A stretch of DNA of 64,000 bases from Candidatus Multivorans sp. (GTDB lineage Bacteria > Acidobacteriota > Thermoanaerobaculia > Multivoradales > Multivoraceae). The position numbers and the translations under genes were made by a program. Within the stretch, counting starts at the first letter, position 1. Each line of letters opens with the position of its first letter. Location: the NCBI GenBank assembly GCA_965224025.1, contig OZ245033.1:3840001-3904000 (forward strand). Direction: 5' to 3'. A model generated the notes under the pieces. That model saw only the letters and a program-made list of their open reading frames with translations. It made no database searches and had not been told where the DNA came from. Shown here one piece after another: positions 27,227 through 37,954 of the stretch.

Positions 27227-28819
27227 CTATCGGCTGCAACTGTCGGGGAAGGCCCTGGCGTCCGTGATCGCCGCGGCGGGCTGTTCGGGGTCGTTCCGGT
27301 ACTCCTTGACGGCGCCCGTGGCCGTGTTCCTCACCCGGATCGCGTAACCCAGATCCGTCGTCGACGCTCCGTACACCCAGTAGTGACCGTTGACCGCGCA
27401 GCCGTTCAGCACCTTGATCAGGATCTCCCAGTTCTCGGAATCGAAGAATCGGAACAGGCCGGAGTCCTGCGTCGCCTCCGGCACAACCAGGGCCGAACCC
27501 GTCTCTCCGTCGCCACTCCACCACTCCACCCGAACCTCGTAGCGGTCGTCGTGCAGGCAGAGCGTCTCCGCGCTCGGCTTGCAGGGACCATCGGTTGGAG
27601 GCGGGTCGGGATCGGCGTCCGGCTCGGGATCAGGGTCGGGGCCTGGATCAGGGTCGGGGTCCGGATCGGGCTCGGGGTCCGGCTCCGGGTTGCTCCCGGA
27701 CCCATGGTCGATGCGATAGACCGCTCCGAGCCGGTCGTCCGAGACCAGCAACGAGCCGTCGGCACGCACCATCACGTCGACCGGCCTCCCCCAGGCCGAG
27801 CCGTTCTGAAGCCAGCCGGTGGCGAACTCCTCGTAAGCCGTGGGCCGCCCGGCGCTGTTCAGCCGAACCACCATGACCCGGTAGCCGATCTTCCGGCTGC
27901 GGTTCCACGAGCCATGTTCGGCGATGAAGATCTGGCCGCGGTAGCGCTCCGGAAATATCGTTCCGGTATAGAAGCGCATGCCCAGCGCCGCCACGTGCGG
28001 ACCGAGTTCCTGGGCCGGTTGTCGGAACTCGGAACAGGCACGGAGCGAGCCGAATTCCGGATCGGAAATGTCTCGACCGTGGCAAAAGGGGTATCCGAAG
28101 TGCTGACCGCGCGCGGTCAACACGTTGAGTTCGTCCGGCGGCCGGTTGTCGCCCAACCAATCGCGGCCGTTGTCCGTGAACCACAGCCGCCGCGTCTCGG
28201 GATGCCAGTCGAAGCCGACGGTGTTTCGAACGCCCCGCGCCACGATCTCGTACCCGCCACCGTCGGCGGCAAGCCGCAGAATCGAGGCATAGGGCTCCTC
28301 ACGCTCGCAGACGTTGCACGGAGCCCCAACCGGAACGTAGAGCCGACCGTCCGGACCGAAACGGATGAACTTCCAGCCGTGGCTGTCATCCCTCGGCAAG
28401 TCCGCGTTCACCACGACCGGCTGCGGCGGCGAGTCCAGCCGGTTCTCGATGCCGTCGTACCGGAGTATCCGGCTGATCTCGGCCACGTAGAGGCTTCCGT
28501 TGCGGAAGGCGACTCCGTTCGGCGAGTTCAGACCCGATGCGATCTGGTACTGCTCATCCGCGACGCCGTCGTTGTCGGAATCGACCAGGGCGTAAACCAC
28601 GCCCACCTGCCGTGTTCCGACGAACACGGTGCCGCCCGGGCTTTGTGCAAGCGAACGCGCGCCCGGCACGCCGTGGGCGAAAACGCTCATCGAGAAGCCG
28701 TCAGGCAACTCGATCCGGGACAACTGCGATTGCGCGACGACCGGCGCAGCCAAGGCGACGAACGCAGCCGCCGTGAGCCGCGAGACGGGTCGGAGAGCCG
28801 GGCGAAGAGCGACATCCAC
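27227..28819 (-). CDS. glucose/sorbosone dehydrogenase paralogue with Pro-Asp linker and extra C-terminal domain
   Basis: Same motifs as the downstream paralogue, then a (PD/PE)n linker and a ~115-aa Cys-bounded domain. Confidence 0.88.
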   Translation of the reverse strand: MDVALRPALRPVSRLTAAAFVALAAPVVAQSQLSRIELPDGFSMSVFAHGVPGARSLAQSPGGTVFVGTRQVGVVYALVDSDNDGVADEQYQIASGLNSPNGVAFRNGSLYVAEISRILRYDGIENRLDSPPQPVVVNADLPRDDSHGWKFIRFGPDGRLYVPVGAPCNVCEREEPYASILRLAADGGGYEIVARGVRNTVGFDWHPETRRLWFTDNGRDWLGDNRPPDELNVLTARGQHFGYPFCHGRDISDPEFGSLRACSEFRQPAQELGPHVAALGMRFYTGTIFPERYRGQIFIAEHGSWNRSRKIGYRVMVVRLNSAGRPTAYEEFATGWLQNGSAWGRPVDVMVRADGSLLVSDDRLGAVYRIDHGSGSNPEPDPEPDPDPDPDPGPDPDPEPDADPDPPPTDGPCKPSAETLCLHDDRYEVRVEWWSGDGETGSALVVPEATQDSGLFRFFDSENWEILIKVLNGCAVNGHYWVYGASTTDLGYAIRVRNTATGAVKEYRNDPEQPAAAITDARAFPDSCSR

Positions 28820-28830
28820 CGCCGGTCAAC

Positions 28831-29730
28831 CTACCAGAGCATGACCGTGACTCCGGCGACGATGGCCGCCACCGCCAGCACCTTGCGGCCCGTCAGCGCC
28901 TCGGCGAAGAAGACCCGGCCGAGCACCAGCGCCAGCACGGAGCCGATGCCCCGCTTGACCGTGTCGACGAAGCCCACCCAGGCGTGCTGGAGAGCCAGCA
29001 ACTGAAGTCCAAGGGCCGCGGCGCCGAGAACGACCCCGGCAAGAAGCAGAGTCCAGGTACGAGCCCCCGACCCTTCACGCTCGCTGCGGCCTATCGGCGG
29101 CGCCTGTCGCAGGCCGCGAAGCGCGAGCATCATCATGCAGAGGCCCACGCCGATGTGCGTAAAGAGACCATGGAAGGCGGCGTTCGAGGCTTCGACGGCG
29201 AGTTTGTCGAGCGGCAGCGCCGCCGCCCACAGGAAGGCGACCAGGACCATCCACGAGGCGCCGGCGCTCGCCCTCCAGGAACCTCGCTGATCCTCGTCGC
29301 GTCGGCGGCCGAGCTGGAGCGCCAGCGCCCCGAGCACGACCATCGCTATGCCGAGCCATGCCCGCGCATCCGGCAGCTCGCCCAGCAGTGGAATCGCCAG
29401 CAGGGACGTGAACACCGGCGTCAGCGACAGCAGGGGAACTACCGCGCTCAGCCCCGACAGCCGGACGGAACGCAGGAAGCCGTAGTTCGCACCGAGATTG
29501 CAGGCGACCGCCAACGCCGCCGGCCAGGCGTACGCGGCGTTCACTTCGGCCGGCGGTTGCAGCACTGTCCAACCGGCGTAGAGCGGCGAAGCCCCCAGCG
29601 CCAGAATCGTCACCAGCAAGGCATCGTTCAGCCGCCCGGTGAGCTTCTTGCGCAGCAGATCGAACAGTGAGAAACACAGCGCCGCGCCGACCGCCAGGAC
29701 GATGCCCAATAGCGAGACCATCCACGGCAT
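28831..29730 (-). CDS. DMT/EamA family transporter
   Basis: About 10 hydrophobic segments, two EamA-like halves (LLGE, FFAE); start uncertain. Confidence 0.8.
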   Translation of the reverse strand: MPWMVSLLGIVLAVGAALCFSLFDLLRKKLTGRLNDALLVTILALGASPLYAGWTVLQPPAEVNAAYAWPAALAVACNLGANYGFLRSVRLSGLSAVVPLLSLTPVFTSLLAIPLLGELPDARAWLGIAMVVLGALALQLGRRRDEDQRGSWRASAGASWMVLVAFLWAAALPLDKLAVEASNAAFHGLFTHIGVGLCMMMLALRGLRQAPPIGRSEREGSGARTWTLLLAGVVLGAAALGLQLLALQHAWVGFVDTVKRGIGSVLALVLGRVFFAEALTGRKVLAVAAIVAGVTVMLW

Positions 29731-29826
29731 TCCACCATGCACGGCAGCCAGTTATCCGTCGACCGCACTGCCCCGCTCGGCCGGCAGGCTCGGACGCCGT
29801 CCGTCAGGTGTACAATCCCGCGGCCC

Positions 29827-30678
29827 GTGACCGCCTCTGAATCACCTCCCGTCGATGCTTCGTCGGGATCCGCGGCCTCCGGCGGGCTGCTGGCCGGTCG
29901 TCGCGGTCTGATCGTCGGCGTCGCCAACAAGCGCTCGCTGGCCTGGGGCATAGCCCGGCGCGCCCACAGCGAGGGCGCGGAGCTGGCGTTCACCTTCCAG
30001 GGCGACGCCCTGGAGCGGAGGGTGCGACCGCTGGCCGCGAGCATCGGTTCCACTATCGTCGAGCCGCTCGACGTCACCGACGACGGTCAGATCGACGCGG
30101 TGTTCGCCACTCTCGCGGAACGGTGGGGCCGCCTGGACTTCCTCGTCCACTCGGTGGCCTTCGCCAACCGGGAGGACCTGCTCGGCCGCACGGTCGACAC
30201 TTCGCGCGCCGGTTTCGCGACCGCGCTCGACATCAGTTGCTACTCCCTGATCGCCCTCGCCCGCGCCGCCGAACCGCTGATGACCGACGGCGGCAGCATC
30301 ATCGCGATGACCTACTACGGCGCCACCAAGGCGACCCCCAACTACAACGTGATGGGCATCGCCAAGGCCGCACTGGAGGCTTCGATCCGCTACCTCGCGG
30401 TCGACCTGGGTCCGAAGAACATTCGCGTCCACGGCATTTCCGCCGGCCCGGTGAGGACACTGGCGGCCTCGGGAGTTTCCGGCATGCGCGGCATGCTGAA
30501 GGTCATGCCGGAACGAGCTCCCCTCGGCCGCAACATCACGGTCGACGACGTCGGCGCCACGGCCGCCTACCTGCTCTCCGATCTGAGTGCGGGAACCACC
30601 GGCGGCATCCACTTCGTCGACGCCGGCTTCAACATCACCGCGATGCGGCACCCGGACCGGGAAGCGAAGAGCGGATAG
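29827..30678 (+). CDS. fabI: enoyl-ACP reductase
   Basis: [36 protein letters not shown]. Confidence 0.93.
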   Translation: MTASESPPVDASSGSAASGGLLAGRRGLIVGVANKRSLAWGIARRAHSEGAELAFTFQGDALERRVRPLAASIGSTIVEPLDVTDDGQIDAVFATLAERWGRLDFLVHSVAFANREDLLGRTVDTSRAGFATALDISCYSLIALARAAEPLMTDGGSIIAMTYYGATKATPNYNVMGIAKAALEASIRYLAVDLGPKNIRVHGISAGPVRTLAASGVSGMRGMLKVMPERAPLGRNITVDDVGATAAYLLSDLSAGTTGGIHFVDAGFNITAMRHPDREAKSG

Positions 30679-30901
30679 CAGCACACGCGGGGCCGCAACT
30701 TTGGTCCAGCGCCCGAAACCCTGTCAATCCGCGTGCGTAAACCGGAGCAGGGCGGAGCGGCACGCTCCTCATTGCAGTGTGTGACGTCAACTGACTACCT
30801 CCCCAGTGGACAGCAGCACGCCGCTCCGCCCCTCTCGGTCCAGCATCGGAAGTCGGCCCGGAACTTGCAGTCTCGTCTCTCCGCCCTTCCGAGGAGAAGC
30901 G

Positions 30902-31555
30902 ATGACCACGACACGCCGTCACCTGTACAGGACACTACCCGTCGCCGCCGCACTTGCCGCTCTGGTCACCGCGGCCGGCTCGCCCGCCGCGGCGCAGCAA
31001 CCGCGCTTCGAGATCACGCCCTACTACGGCCATAGCTTCTTCGGCGGCTTCGAGATCGACGACTACGAGTTCGGGCGCCTCGACCTGGAACTCGACGACA
31101 CCACTGTGCAGGGACTGATCGTCGGCTTCCCGGTCCGCCGGAATCTCCACCTCGAGCTGTTCGTCAACGAGCAGCACACGAGCTTCGGGCTCGACGAAGG
31201 CCCCTTCCTCGGCGCCGCGGACCTGGGCCCGATGGACGTCTCCTACTACCACGCCGGCGTGACCTGGACCGCCCCCGTCGGCCAGGTGCGTCCCTTCGCC
31301 TCCTTCGGCGCCGGCATCACGAGACTGGCGCCGGAAAGCGACTTTCTGCCCGAGACCGAGAGTCGCTTCTCCGTCGGATTCGGCGGCGGAACCAAGATCT
31401 TCTTTACCGATCACTTCGGCCTGCGACTCGAGGCGAAACTGCTGGTCACCAGCACCGGCGACGAAGACCTGTGCTGCCACCACTGCTGCTACGAGGCGGA
31501 GCGTGACGACCTCGTCCAGGGCATCGTCAGCGCCGGATTCATCTTCGCGTTCTAG
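30902..31555 (+). CDS. small outer-membrane beta-barrel protein
   Basis: Signal peptide, amphipathic strands, C-terminal Phe (GFIFAF); AGGAG RBS. Confidence 0.8.
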   Translation: MTTTRRHLYRTLPVAAALAALVTAAGSPAAAQQPRFEITPYYGHSFFGGFEIDDYEFGRLDLELDDTTVQGLIVGFPVRRNLHLELFVNEQHTSFGLDEGPFLGAADLGPMDVSYYHAGVTWTAPVGQVRPFASFGAGITRLAPESDFLPETESRFSVGFGGGTKIFFTDHFGLRLEAKLLVTSTGDEDLCCHHCCYEAERDDLVQGIVSAGFIFAF

Positions 31556-32771
31556 CGGGGGTCGCCAGTTCCGACGACGCCCGCCGGGCGGCCGCCGCCA
31601 GTAGCGCGCCGCCGACGAAGATGGCCTCCTCGGCGGGCGCGAAGTACGGCGTGTGGGCGCCCACGACCGGGTTGTCGGGCAGCCGTGCGCCGACCCGGAT
31701 GAAGCAGCCGGGAATCCGTTCCAGGTAGAAGGCGAAGTCCTCTCCGCCCATGTTCGCGGCCGGCAAGGGCTTGACCGCTTCGGCGCCGATCACGGAGGCC
31801 GCGGCTTCGCGCGCCCAAGCCGTAGCACGCGCGTCGTTCAGCACTGCCGGCGTACCCTGCAGCATCCGCACCCGCGCCTCGAGCCGACAGGCTAAGGCAA
31901 CCGATTCGGCGACGTGCCTGACCTCGTCCGCGAGCAGTTCACGCACCTCCGGGTCGAGCGAGCGCAGCGTGCCCTTGAGCACCGCCCTGTCCGGAATCAC
32001 GTTGTGGGCTGAGCCTGCTTCCAGAACACCGACGGTGACCACCGCCGGCTGGTCGGGCGGCACCCGCCGGGTCACAACCGTCTGCAGGGCTGAAATCACC
32101 TGCGCCGCGCCGACGATCGGATCCAGACCCAGGTTGGGTCTGGCGCCGTGAGCGCCCTTTCCCAGAAGCTCGACCTCGAAGCGGTCCGCCGCGGCACCCA
32201 CCGCGCCCGCCTGGATCATTGCCTGGCCGATCTCGAAGGTCAGGTCAACGTGGGCGCCGAAGATCGCCGCCACGCCGTCGAGAACACCGGTCGCCAGCAC
32301 GGCCGCGGCACCCTCGCCGGTCTCCTCCGCCGGCTGGAGCACGAGCAGCACATCGCCGGCAGCTCGTTCGGCCTGGAGGAGGCGTGCCGCGGCGACCGTC
32401 CACGAAGCATGCACGTCGTGCCCGCAGGCGTGCATCACGCCGTCGTTTCGGGAGGCGAACGGCAGGCCGGTGTCCTCCAGGATCGGCAGGGCGTCGATGT
32501 CGCCGCGCACCGCGACCGTGGGCCCACCGGACTCGCGGCCGGGAATCCGGCCCACCACGCCCGTGCCGGCCACCCGGATGACGTCGCGAACGCCAAGTCG
32601 ATGCAGTGTCTCCTCGAGCCGCGCCGCCGTTCGCTCCTCCTGGAGCGAAAGCTCGGGATCGGCGTGGAGCGCGCGGCGCAGACCGACCAGCTCGTCAACC
32701 TCGCCGGCGCCGTAGAGGCCGGCGACCGCGGCCGGAAGCCGGAGCGATACGGCGGCTTCGGCACCGGTCAT
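31539..32771 (-). CDS. M20 family amidohydrolase
   Basis: LH..PELS, RGDIDALP, MHACGHD, QPAEE, GEDF. Confidence 0.9.
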   Translation of the reverse strand: MTGAEAAVSLRLPAAVAGLYGAGEVDELVGLRRALHADPELSLQEERTAARLEETLHRLGVRDVIRVAGTGVVGRIPGRESGGPTVAVRGDIDALPILEDTGLPFASRNDGVMHACGHDVHASWTVAAARLLQAERAAGDVLLVLQPAEETGEGAAAVLATGVLDGVAAIFGAHVDLTFEIGQAMIQAGAVGAAADRFEVELLGKGAHGARPNLGLDPIVGAAQVISALQTVVTRRVPPDQPAVVTVGVLEAGSAHNVIPDRAVLKGTLRSLDPEVRELLADEVRHVAESVALACRLEARVRMLQGTPAVLNDARATAWAREAAASVIGAEAVKPLPAANMGGEDFAFYLERIPGCFIRVGARLPDNPVVGAHTPYFAPAEEAIFVGGALLAAAARRASSELATPARTRR

Positions 32772-35436
32772 GGCGGCAGGGCCACCCCCGACAGCCAACC
32801 GGACCCGGCGCTCCAGGACGCGAACCCCATACCGCCGGGCCCGACGCTGCAACCGATCGGCGAGCCGTCCGGTGCCCGCAGCGGCCGCGGCAATGCAACG
32901 GAGCGTGGGTCGTCGAGAAAGCGATCGATCTGCCACGCCGCATGGGATCGGTGGTCTCGCTCGGCCGCGTCCGGACCGCCCGCCGCCACCGGATTGGCCT
33001 CCAGCCAATCGCGCAGCTCGACCACCACCGTTAGCGCCTCGGCGCGCACCTGTTGAGAGGCGGCGGAGACGACCGGCCCGGAAGCGAGCAGGTTGGTCGG
33101 CACGTCGGACGGCGCGCCTCCGGCTGGTGTTCCGGACGCCAGGGCCAGCAGCCGCCGCAACAGCGCCGTATCCACCGCGCGGCCGACCTCCCCCGCCAGC
33201 TCGGGCAGGGGATCGGCGCGCCAAGTCGCTCCGAGCAGCCGGTCGAGGATTCCGGTCAGGCCGGGCTGCTCCGCGTCCCGGGCGCGATGATCGACCAGCC
33301 GGGTGGCCCGCGCGTCGTCCAGGATCATGCCGAAGGTCAAGTCCGCGGCCATCTCGGCGGCGGCGACCGGGTCGAACGCCGGACCGGCGCGAGACGGAAG
33401 CTGCTCGCGCCCCCGGCCGCGGCCCGGCGAGGGCGGCGGGATCAGATCCAGGATCCGTTGCGGCAGGGTCAGTTCGACCGGATCGACCGTCTGCAGCAGC
33501 GCGTCGAGCGCGTCGAGTTGCATCGCGGGGGCAGCAGGGAGACCGGCGAGCGACCGTCGCCGCGCACGGCGTAGCTGTAGTCGACGCCGCCCACCGCCTT
33601 CGCAGCCGCCTCGAGCTGGTAGCGGTGCAGCAGGTAGAGCGGCGTCAGCGCATCCTCGAGCCCGGACAGCGGCTCGCCGACGCGGACACTCCGTTCGGAG
33701 AACCCGTCGAGGGCGGCCCGCCGCACCGCCAGCACGCGCCGCAACTCGTCGGCCGCCGAGCGGCCGTTGTCCCATAGGTGCGCGAGCGGATGGGCGCCGC
33801 CAACCGGCCGCGCGTCCTCGTCGCTGATGAAGTGGAGACCCGCGTCGATCGTCCCGCGCAGGATGCCGTCGAGTTCCGCCGCTTCGTCCACGCCGTCAGG
33901 GAAGTCGGCGTAGCCGTAGAGGACCGCCCGCTTGTCCCAGGCACCGACCCCGACGTCGTAGGCCGCGCTCAAGTCCACTGTGCCGTCGTCCCGCAGCGTG
34001 GCCAGGGGATGGGGATAGTCCATGACGGACTCACGGCCATCCGGACCGTCGACGCTGGAGGCGAAGTTGTGGACCAGCCCGATGGTGTGACCCACTTCGT
34101 GCGCCGAGAGCTGGCGTAGCCGGGCGAGCGCCATCTCCGTAAGCGCCTCGGTGGACGAGTCTCCATCCTCGTAGGGCGACAGCAGACCCTGGGCGATCAG
34201 GAAGTCCTGCCGCACGCGCAGGGATCCGAGCGTCACGATGCCCTTCAGGATCTCGCCCGTCCGCGGATCGGTCACCGAACCGCCGTAGGACCAGCCGCGC
34301 GTCGACCGGTGGACCCACTGGATCACGTTGTAGCGGATGTCGAGCGGGTCGGCCCCCTCCGGCAGCAGCTCCACCCGGAAGGCATCGATGTACCCCGCCG
34401 CCTCGAAGGCCTCGTTCCACCACCGCGCGCCGTCGAGCAGCGCGGACCGGATCGGTTCCGGCGCACCCCGGTCGAGGTAGTAGACGATCGGCTCGACCGC
34501 CTCGCTCCGCGCCGCGCCCGGGTTCCGCTTCTGCAACCGGTGGCGAACGATGTAGCTCGTCTCGAGCGGCGAGTCGATCGGAGTCGCGTAGTCCAGGTAG
34601 CTTGTCGTGATGTAGCCGGAGCGCGGGTCCGCCCGGCGCGGTTCGTATCCCGGCTCGGGAAGCGTAACGAAGGAGTGGCGCAGGCGGACAGTCACGACGT
34701 CGGGCGAGGGAGCGACCTGGCTCACCCACCGGCCCGGGCCGCGGTCGGTCGAACGCAGCACGAAGGTCTGCGTGCCCTCGAGCTCCGAGTTGCGCGGGAA
34801 GGCGGCGACGCCGGAACGATGAATCGCCGAACGCGAAGCATCCAACTGATAACTGCCCTGCCCGCGTTGCTGGAGCCGCGCCGCCACGCCGTGCGCATCC
34901 CGGAGCACGAAGGCGGTGGCGTCCACCAGGACCGTCCCGTCCGCGTCCTCCGCCGCGACCTCGAAGCCCCAGAGCACGGAACGGGCGAACGCGTCGGCCA
35001 CCGCGCGGCGCTCGTCCGCGTTGTCGCTGAGCGCGCGGTAGCGCGTGTTCTGCTGCACCAGCAGCACCTTCGGCCCGATGCGTTCGAAACGGGCCAGGCG
35101 GGTACGCCCGACCTGGCCGCGGTCGAGCCCGATGTCGTTCGATCCCAGACCCGCAGACAGCGACTCGATGTAGAGGAGATCCTTGTCGAAGGTGTCGATC
35201 CGCACAAAGAGCCTGCCGCCCCGGCGGTCCCAGAACACGTCGAGGAATCCGGGCAGGTACTCGTAGCCCTCGGTGGCCGCCGCCACGGACGGCGGGTCCT
35301 CCGGCTGCTTCTTCTGTTCCTCCTGCGCGGGCAGCGTCTGCGCGCAGAGCGCGAGCGCCAGACCTACGACCGCGGGCAGGGCTCCGTTGGCCGCTCCGAA
35401 GCGCGACCAGGCCGGCCGGCCGGCGATCTGAATCAC
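32768..35436 (-). pseudogene. secreted Zn metalloprotease (DUF5117/EcxA-like), frameshifted at ~33528
   Basis: HEVGHTIGL.HN, SVMDY Met-turn; the reading frame jumps within a C5 run (SLLP|AMQLDAL); may be a sequencing error. Confidence 0.8.
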
Positions 35437-37760
35437 GAAGCGGCCCGTACCGTCACCGGCTCGGTCTTCTCGATCAGTGCCGTGAGCGACTCGTGGTCCG
35501 GTTCGGCGAGTTCCCGCACCCGATCCCGGTTGACCGCCGCGACGATGATCTCGCCGACCTCGGTGTTCGCGCTCTCGAAGATGCCGAGGTCGATCATCCG
35601 GCGGGTCTGGTGCTGGTTGTCGTCGGTCGGACTGACGTAGTGCACCCAGGCAGCGCCGTAGCGGTGGATCAGGAAGACGTGGATCAACGCCATCAACCGG
35701 CGGCGTCTCAGGTCGAGGTCGAACGTGTTCTGGTCGCGCACCGAGAGAATCATCCGCTCGCGACGGTCCCGGATCGGCGCGAAGACGACGTTCGCGGCCT
35801 TCGATTCGTCGCGGGACCCTTGGGCCAGGACCCGGAGTTCCAGGAGGTCGGAGCCGGCAACGTGCGGCCGCAGCTCCACGCGCAGGGACTCCTCGATGCC
35901 GTACTTGTCCCGCCAGATCTCGAGCCACTCCTCGAGCAGCCGCGGCGGCACTTCCGTCTGCACCAGATGCTGGACGTTGGTCGATCCCTTGCCCATCGCC
36001 TTGGTCGTCGCCGTATGACCGGTCGAAGCGGACAGCGCGCCATCGAGCCGGGCGCCGCCCACCAGGGCCTGCGGCGTACGGTACGGCGACCCCACCAGGC
36101 GCAGCTTGCGCTGGAGCCGTGCCAGGGCCAGCATGCCGTCCTCACGCAGGGCCGTGGCGAAGTCCTCGGCCGCCAGACCGTCGATCTGATGGCCGCCGTA
36201 GGTGATGAAGTTGAACACGAAACCGAGCTTGCCGAGTTCCTCGGGAAAGGCCCTCATCTCGCCGTCCGTCATCCCGGTCGTATCCCAGTTGAAGGACGGC
36301 GACAGGTTGTAGGCCAGCAACTGATCCGGGTAGACCGCGTGGATCGCCTCCGCGAAACGGCGGGCGTCGGCGAGGTCGGCAGTCTTCGTCTCCATCCACA
36401 GCAGGTCCGCGTAAGGCGCCGAGTTGAGCGACCGGGAGGTCGCGTACTCGATGCCGCCCCTGATCTGGTAGTAGCCCTCGGGCGTCCGAGCGATCTCGGC
36501 GTTCCAGACCAGGTTGATGCCCATCTTGCGCGCGCGAGCGGCAGCCTCTTCGACCGACACGGAGTGGGCGAACCCCAACCACTCCTCGACCGAGAGTTCG
36601 AACACCGCGCCTTCCTCTTCACGGAAGGCGATCACATCCGCTACCGCCCGCGGGTAGGTCTTGAGTCCCGCCTCCAACTGCCAGGCGTCGAGGAAGCGAG
36701 CCATCGTCGCATCGAGAACCGCTTCGGTGTCCGACCCGCCGCTTGCCGCCATCTTCCGGTACGCCGACTCGAGCAGCCCGTAGACGCCAACGCCGTCGAG
36801 CCAGACGTCGGCGCGGTGGTAGGCGGCCTCGGACACCTGGTAGAGTTCGTGGCCCCGGACCTCTTCCGCGCCCAGGGCACGCAAACGCCGCAAGATCGCC
36901 AGCGTCGCGGTCTTGCAGCTCGGCAGGTCGAGGTTCGTGGCGCCGAGAAGGAAGGCCTGATCCCGCTCATCGCCGTTACCGTCCAGAAACGTCGCGGCCT
37001 CCGAGTCGGTGCGGGCGACGATGATCCCGGGCACCCCCATCACGTCCAACTGGAAGCGGGCCGAGTTGAGGCGCTTGTTCTGTTCGTCCTGAGGCACGAG
37101 AACCTTGCCTGCCTGGTGGCCGCACTTCTTGACCCCGGGCTTCTGGTCCTCGATGTGGTAGCCGGGCACCCCGACTTCGACGAAACGTCGGATCAGGTTG
37201 CGCACGTGCGCCTCGCCGCCGTGGCCGGTATCGGCGTCGGCGACGATGAACGGACGGAAGTCGGTCGGCGGATTCGCCTGCTGCTCGGCCTCGCTCATCC
37301 GCGAACGGATGAAGGTCTGGTTCCGATCGGCCGTGAGCAGCGCGCGCACGATGGGCGCGGCCTCGTCGGGCACCTGGCTCAACGGATAACTCGCCAGGTC
37401 CGGCCCCGGATCCTCGTTGATCGAGCCCTTGGCCGAGGTCGCCCAACCGCCGATGTAGATGCCCTCGATGCCGCGGCGCTTCATCGCCACGGCCTGGCCC
37501 GGTGAGTACGGACCGAAGCTGGTGATGGACCGCTTCTGCTCGAACAGCTCGCGCAGCCGGCAGTAGAACGCCCTGGCGGTTTCCCGCGCCACCGTGTAGT
37601 CCTGAGGGATCGTGCCGCGCTGCTCCGCGACCTCCCGCGCGGTATGAAGCCGCCTGATCCCCTCGAAACGCCTATCGGCGAAGAACTCCGCCGCCGACGC
37701 CGTCTCCCGCGCCACTACTTCGTTCACCCTGTCACGCCTACCCGTTTCATCCCGATCCAT
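35433..37760 (-). CDS. aceA: isocitrate lyase, long ICL2 type
   Basis: [17 protein letters not shown] catalytic loop, [10 protein letters not shown]; 775 aa with helical insert and extra C-terminal domain. Confidence 0.9.
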   Translation of the reverse strand: MDRDETGRRDRVNEVVARETASAAEFFADRRFEGIRRLHTAREVAEQRGTIPQDYTVARETARAFYCRLRELFEQKRSITSFGPYSPGQAVAMKRRGIEGIYIGGWATSAKGSINEDPGPDLASYPLSQVPDEAAPIVRALLTADRNQTFIRSRMSEAEQQANPPTDFRPFIVADADTGHGGEAHVRNLIRRFVEVGVPGYHIEDQKPGVKKCGHQAGKVLVPQDEQNKRLNSARFQLDVMGVPGIIVARTDSEAATFLDGNGDERDQAFLLGATNLDLPSCKTATLAILRRLRALGAEEVRGHELYQVSEAAYHRADVWLDGVGVYGLLESAYRKMAASGGSDTEAVLDATMARFLDAWQLEAGLKTYPRAVADVIAFREEEGAVFELSVEEWLGFAHSVSVEEAAARARKMGINLVWNAEIARTPEGYYQIRGGIEYATSRSLNSAPYADLLWMETKTADLADARRFAEAIHAVYPDQLLAYNLSPSFNWDTTGMTDGEMRAFPEELGKLGFVFNFITYGGHQIDGLAAEDFATALREDGMLALARLQRKLRLVGSPYRTPQALVGGARLDGALSASTGHTATTKAMGKGSTNVQHLVQTEVPPRLLEEWLEIWRDKYGIEESLRVELRPHVAGSDLLELRVLAQGSRDESKAANVVFAPIRDRRERMILSVRDQNTFDLDLRRRRLMALIHVFLIHRYGAAWVHYVSPTDDNQHQTRRMIDLGIFESANTEVGEIIVAAVNRDRVRELAEPDHESLTALIEKTEPVTVRAAS

Positions 37761-37954
37761 GCCGTGTCTCCATCCGGCTCGTTGCGATTCGCCTTAGCGG
37801 CTGCGAAAGAAGCTAACCGTAGCACCGGAAGAACGGCTTCGACCACGGCGCTACAGCAGCCCGAACGCCCGCCGGTCGCGCCACCGGTCGGCTCCGGTGG
37901 CCCGGGTCCCGATCCATGTCGCATGGTTCCCTGGGGCTGTTACCCTCCACCGCC

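Noticed and set aside
30750-30831. 12-bp inverted repeat GGGCGGAGCGGC/GCCGCTCCGCCC between fabI and the OMP gene as a riboswitch or MITE
   Set aside because: Single copy in the window, no recognisable aptamer motif, and GC-rich inverted repeats of this length are weak evidence
33469-33540. Programmed ribosomal frameshift in the metalloprotease
   Set aside because: No canonical slippery heptamer; a one-base loss in a C run explains it more simply
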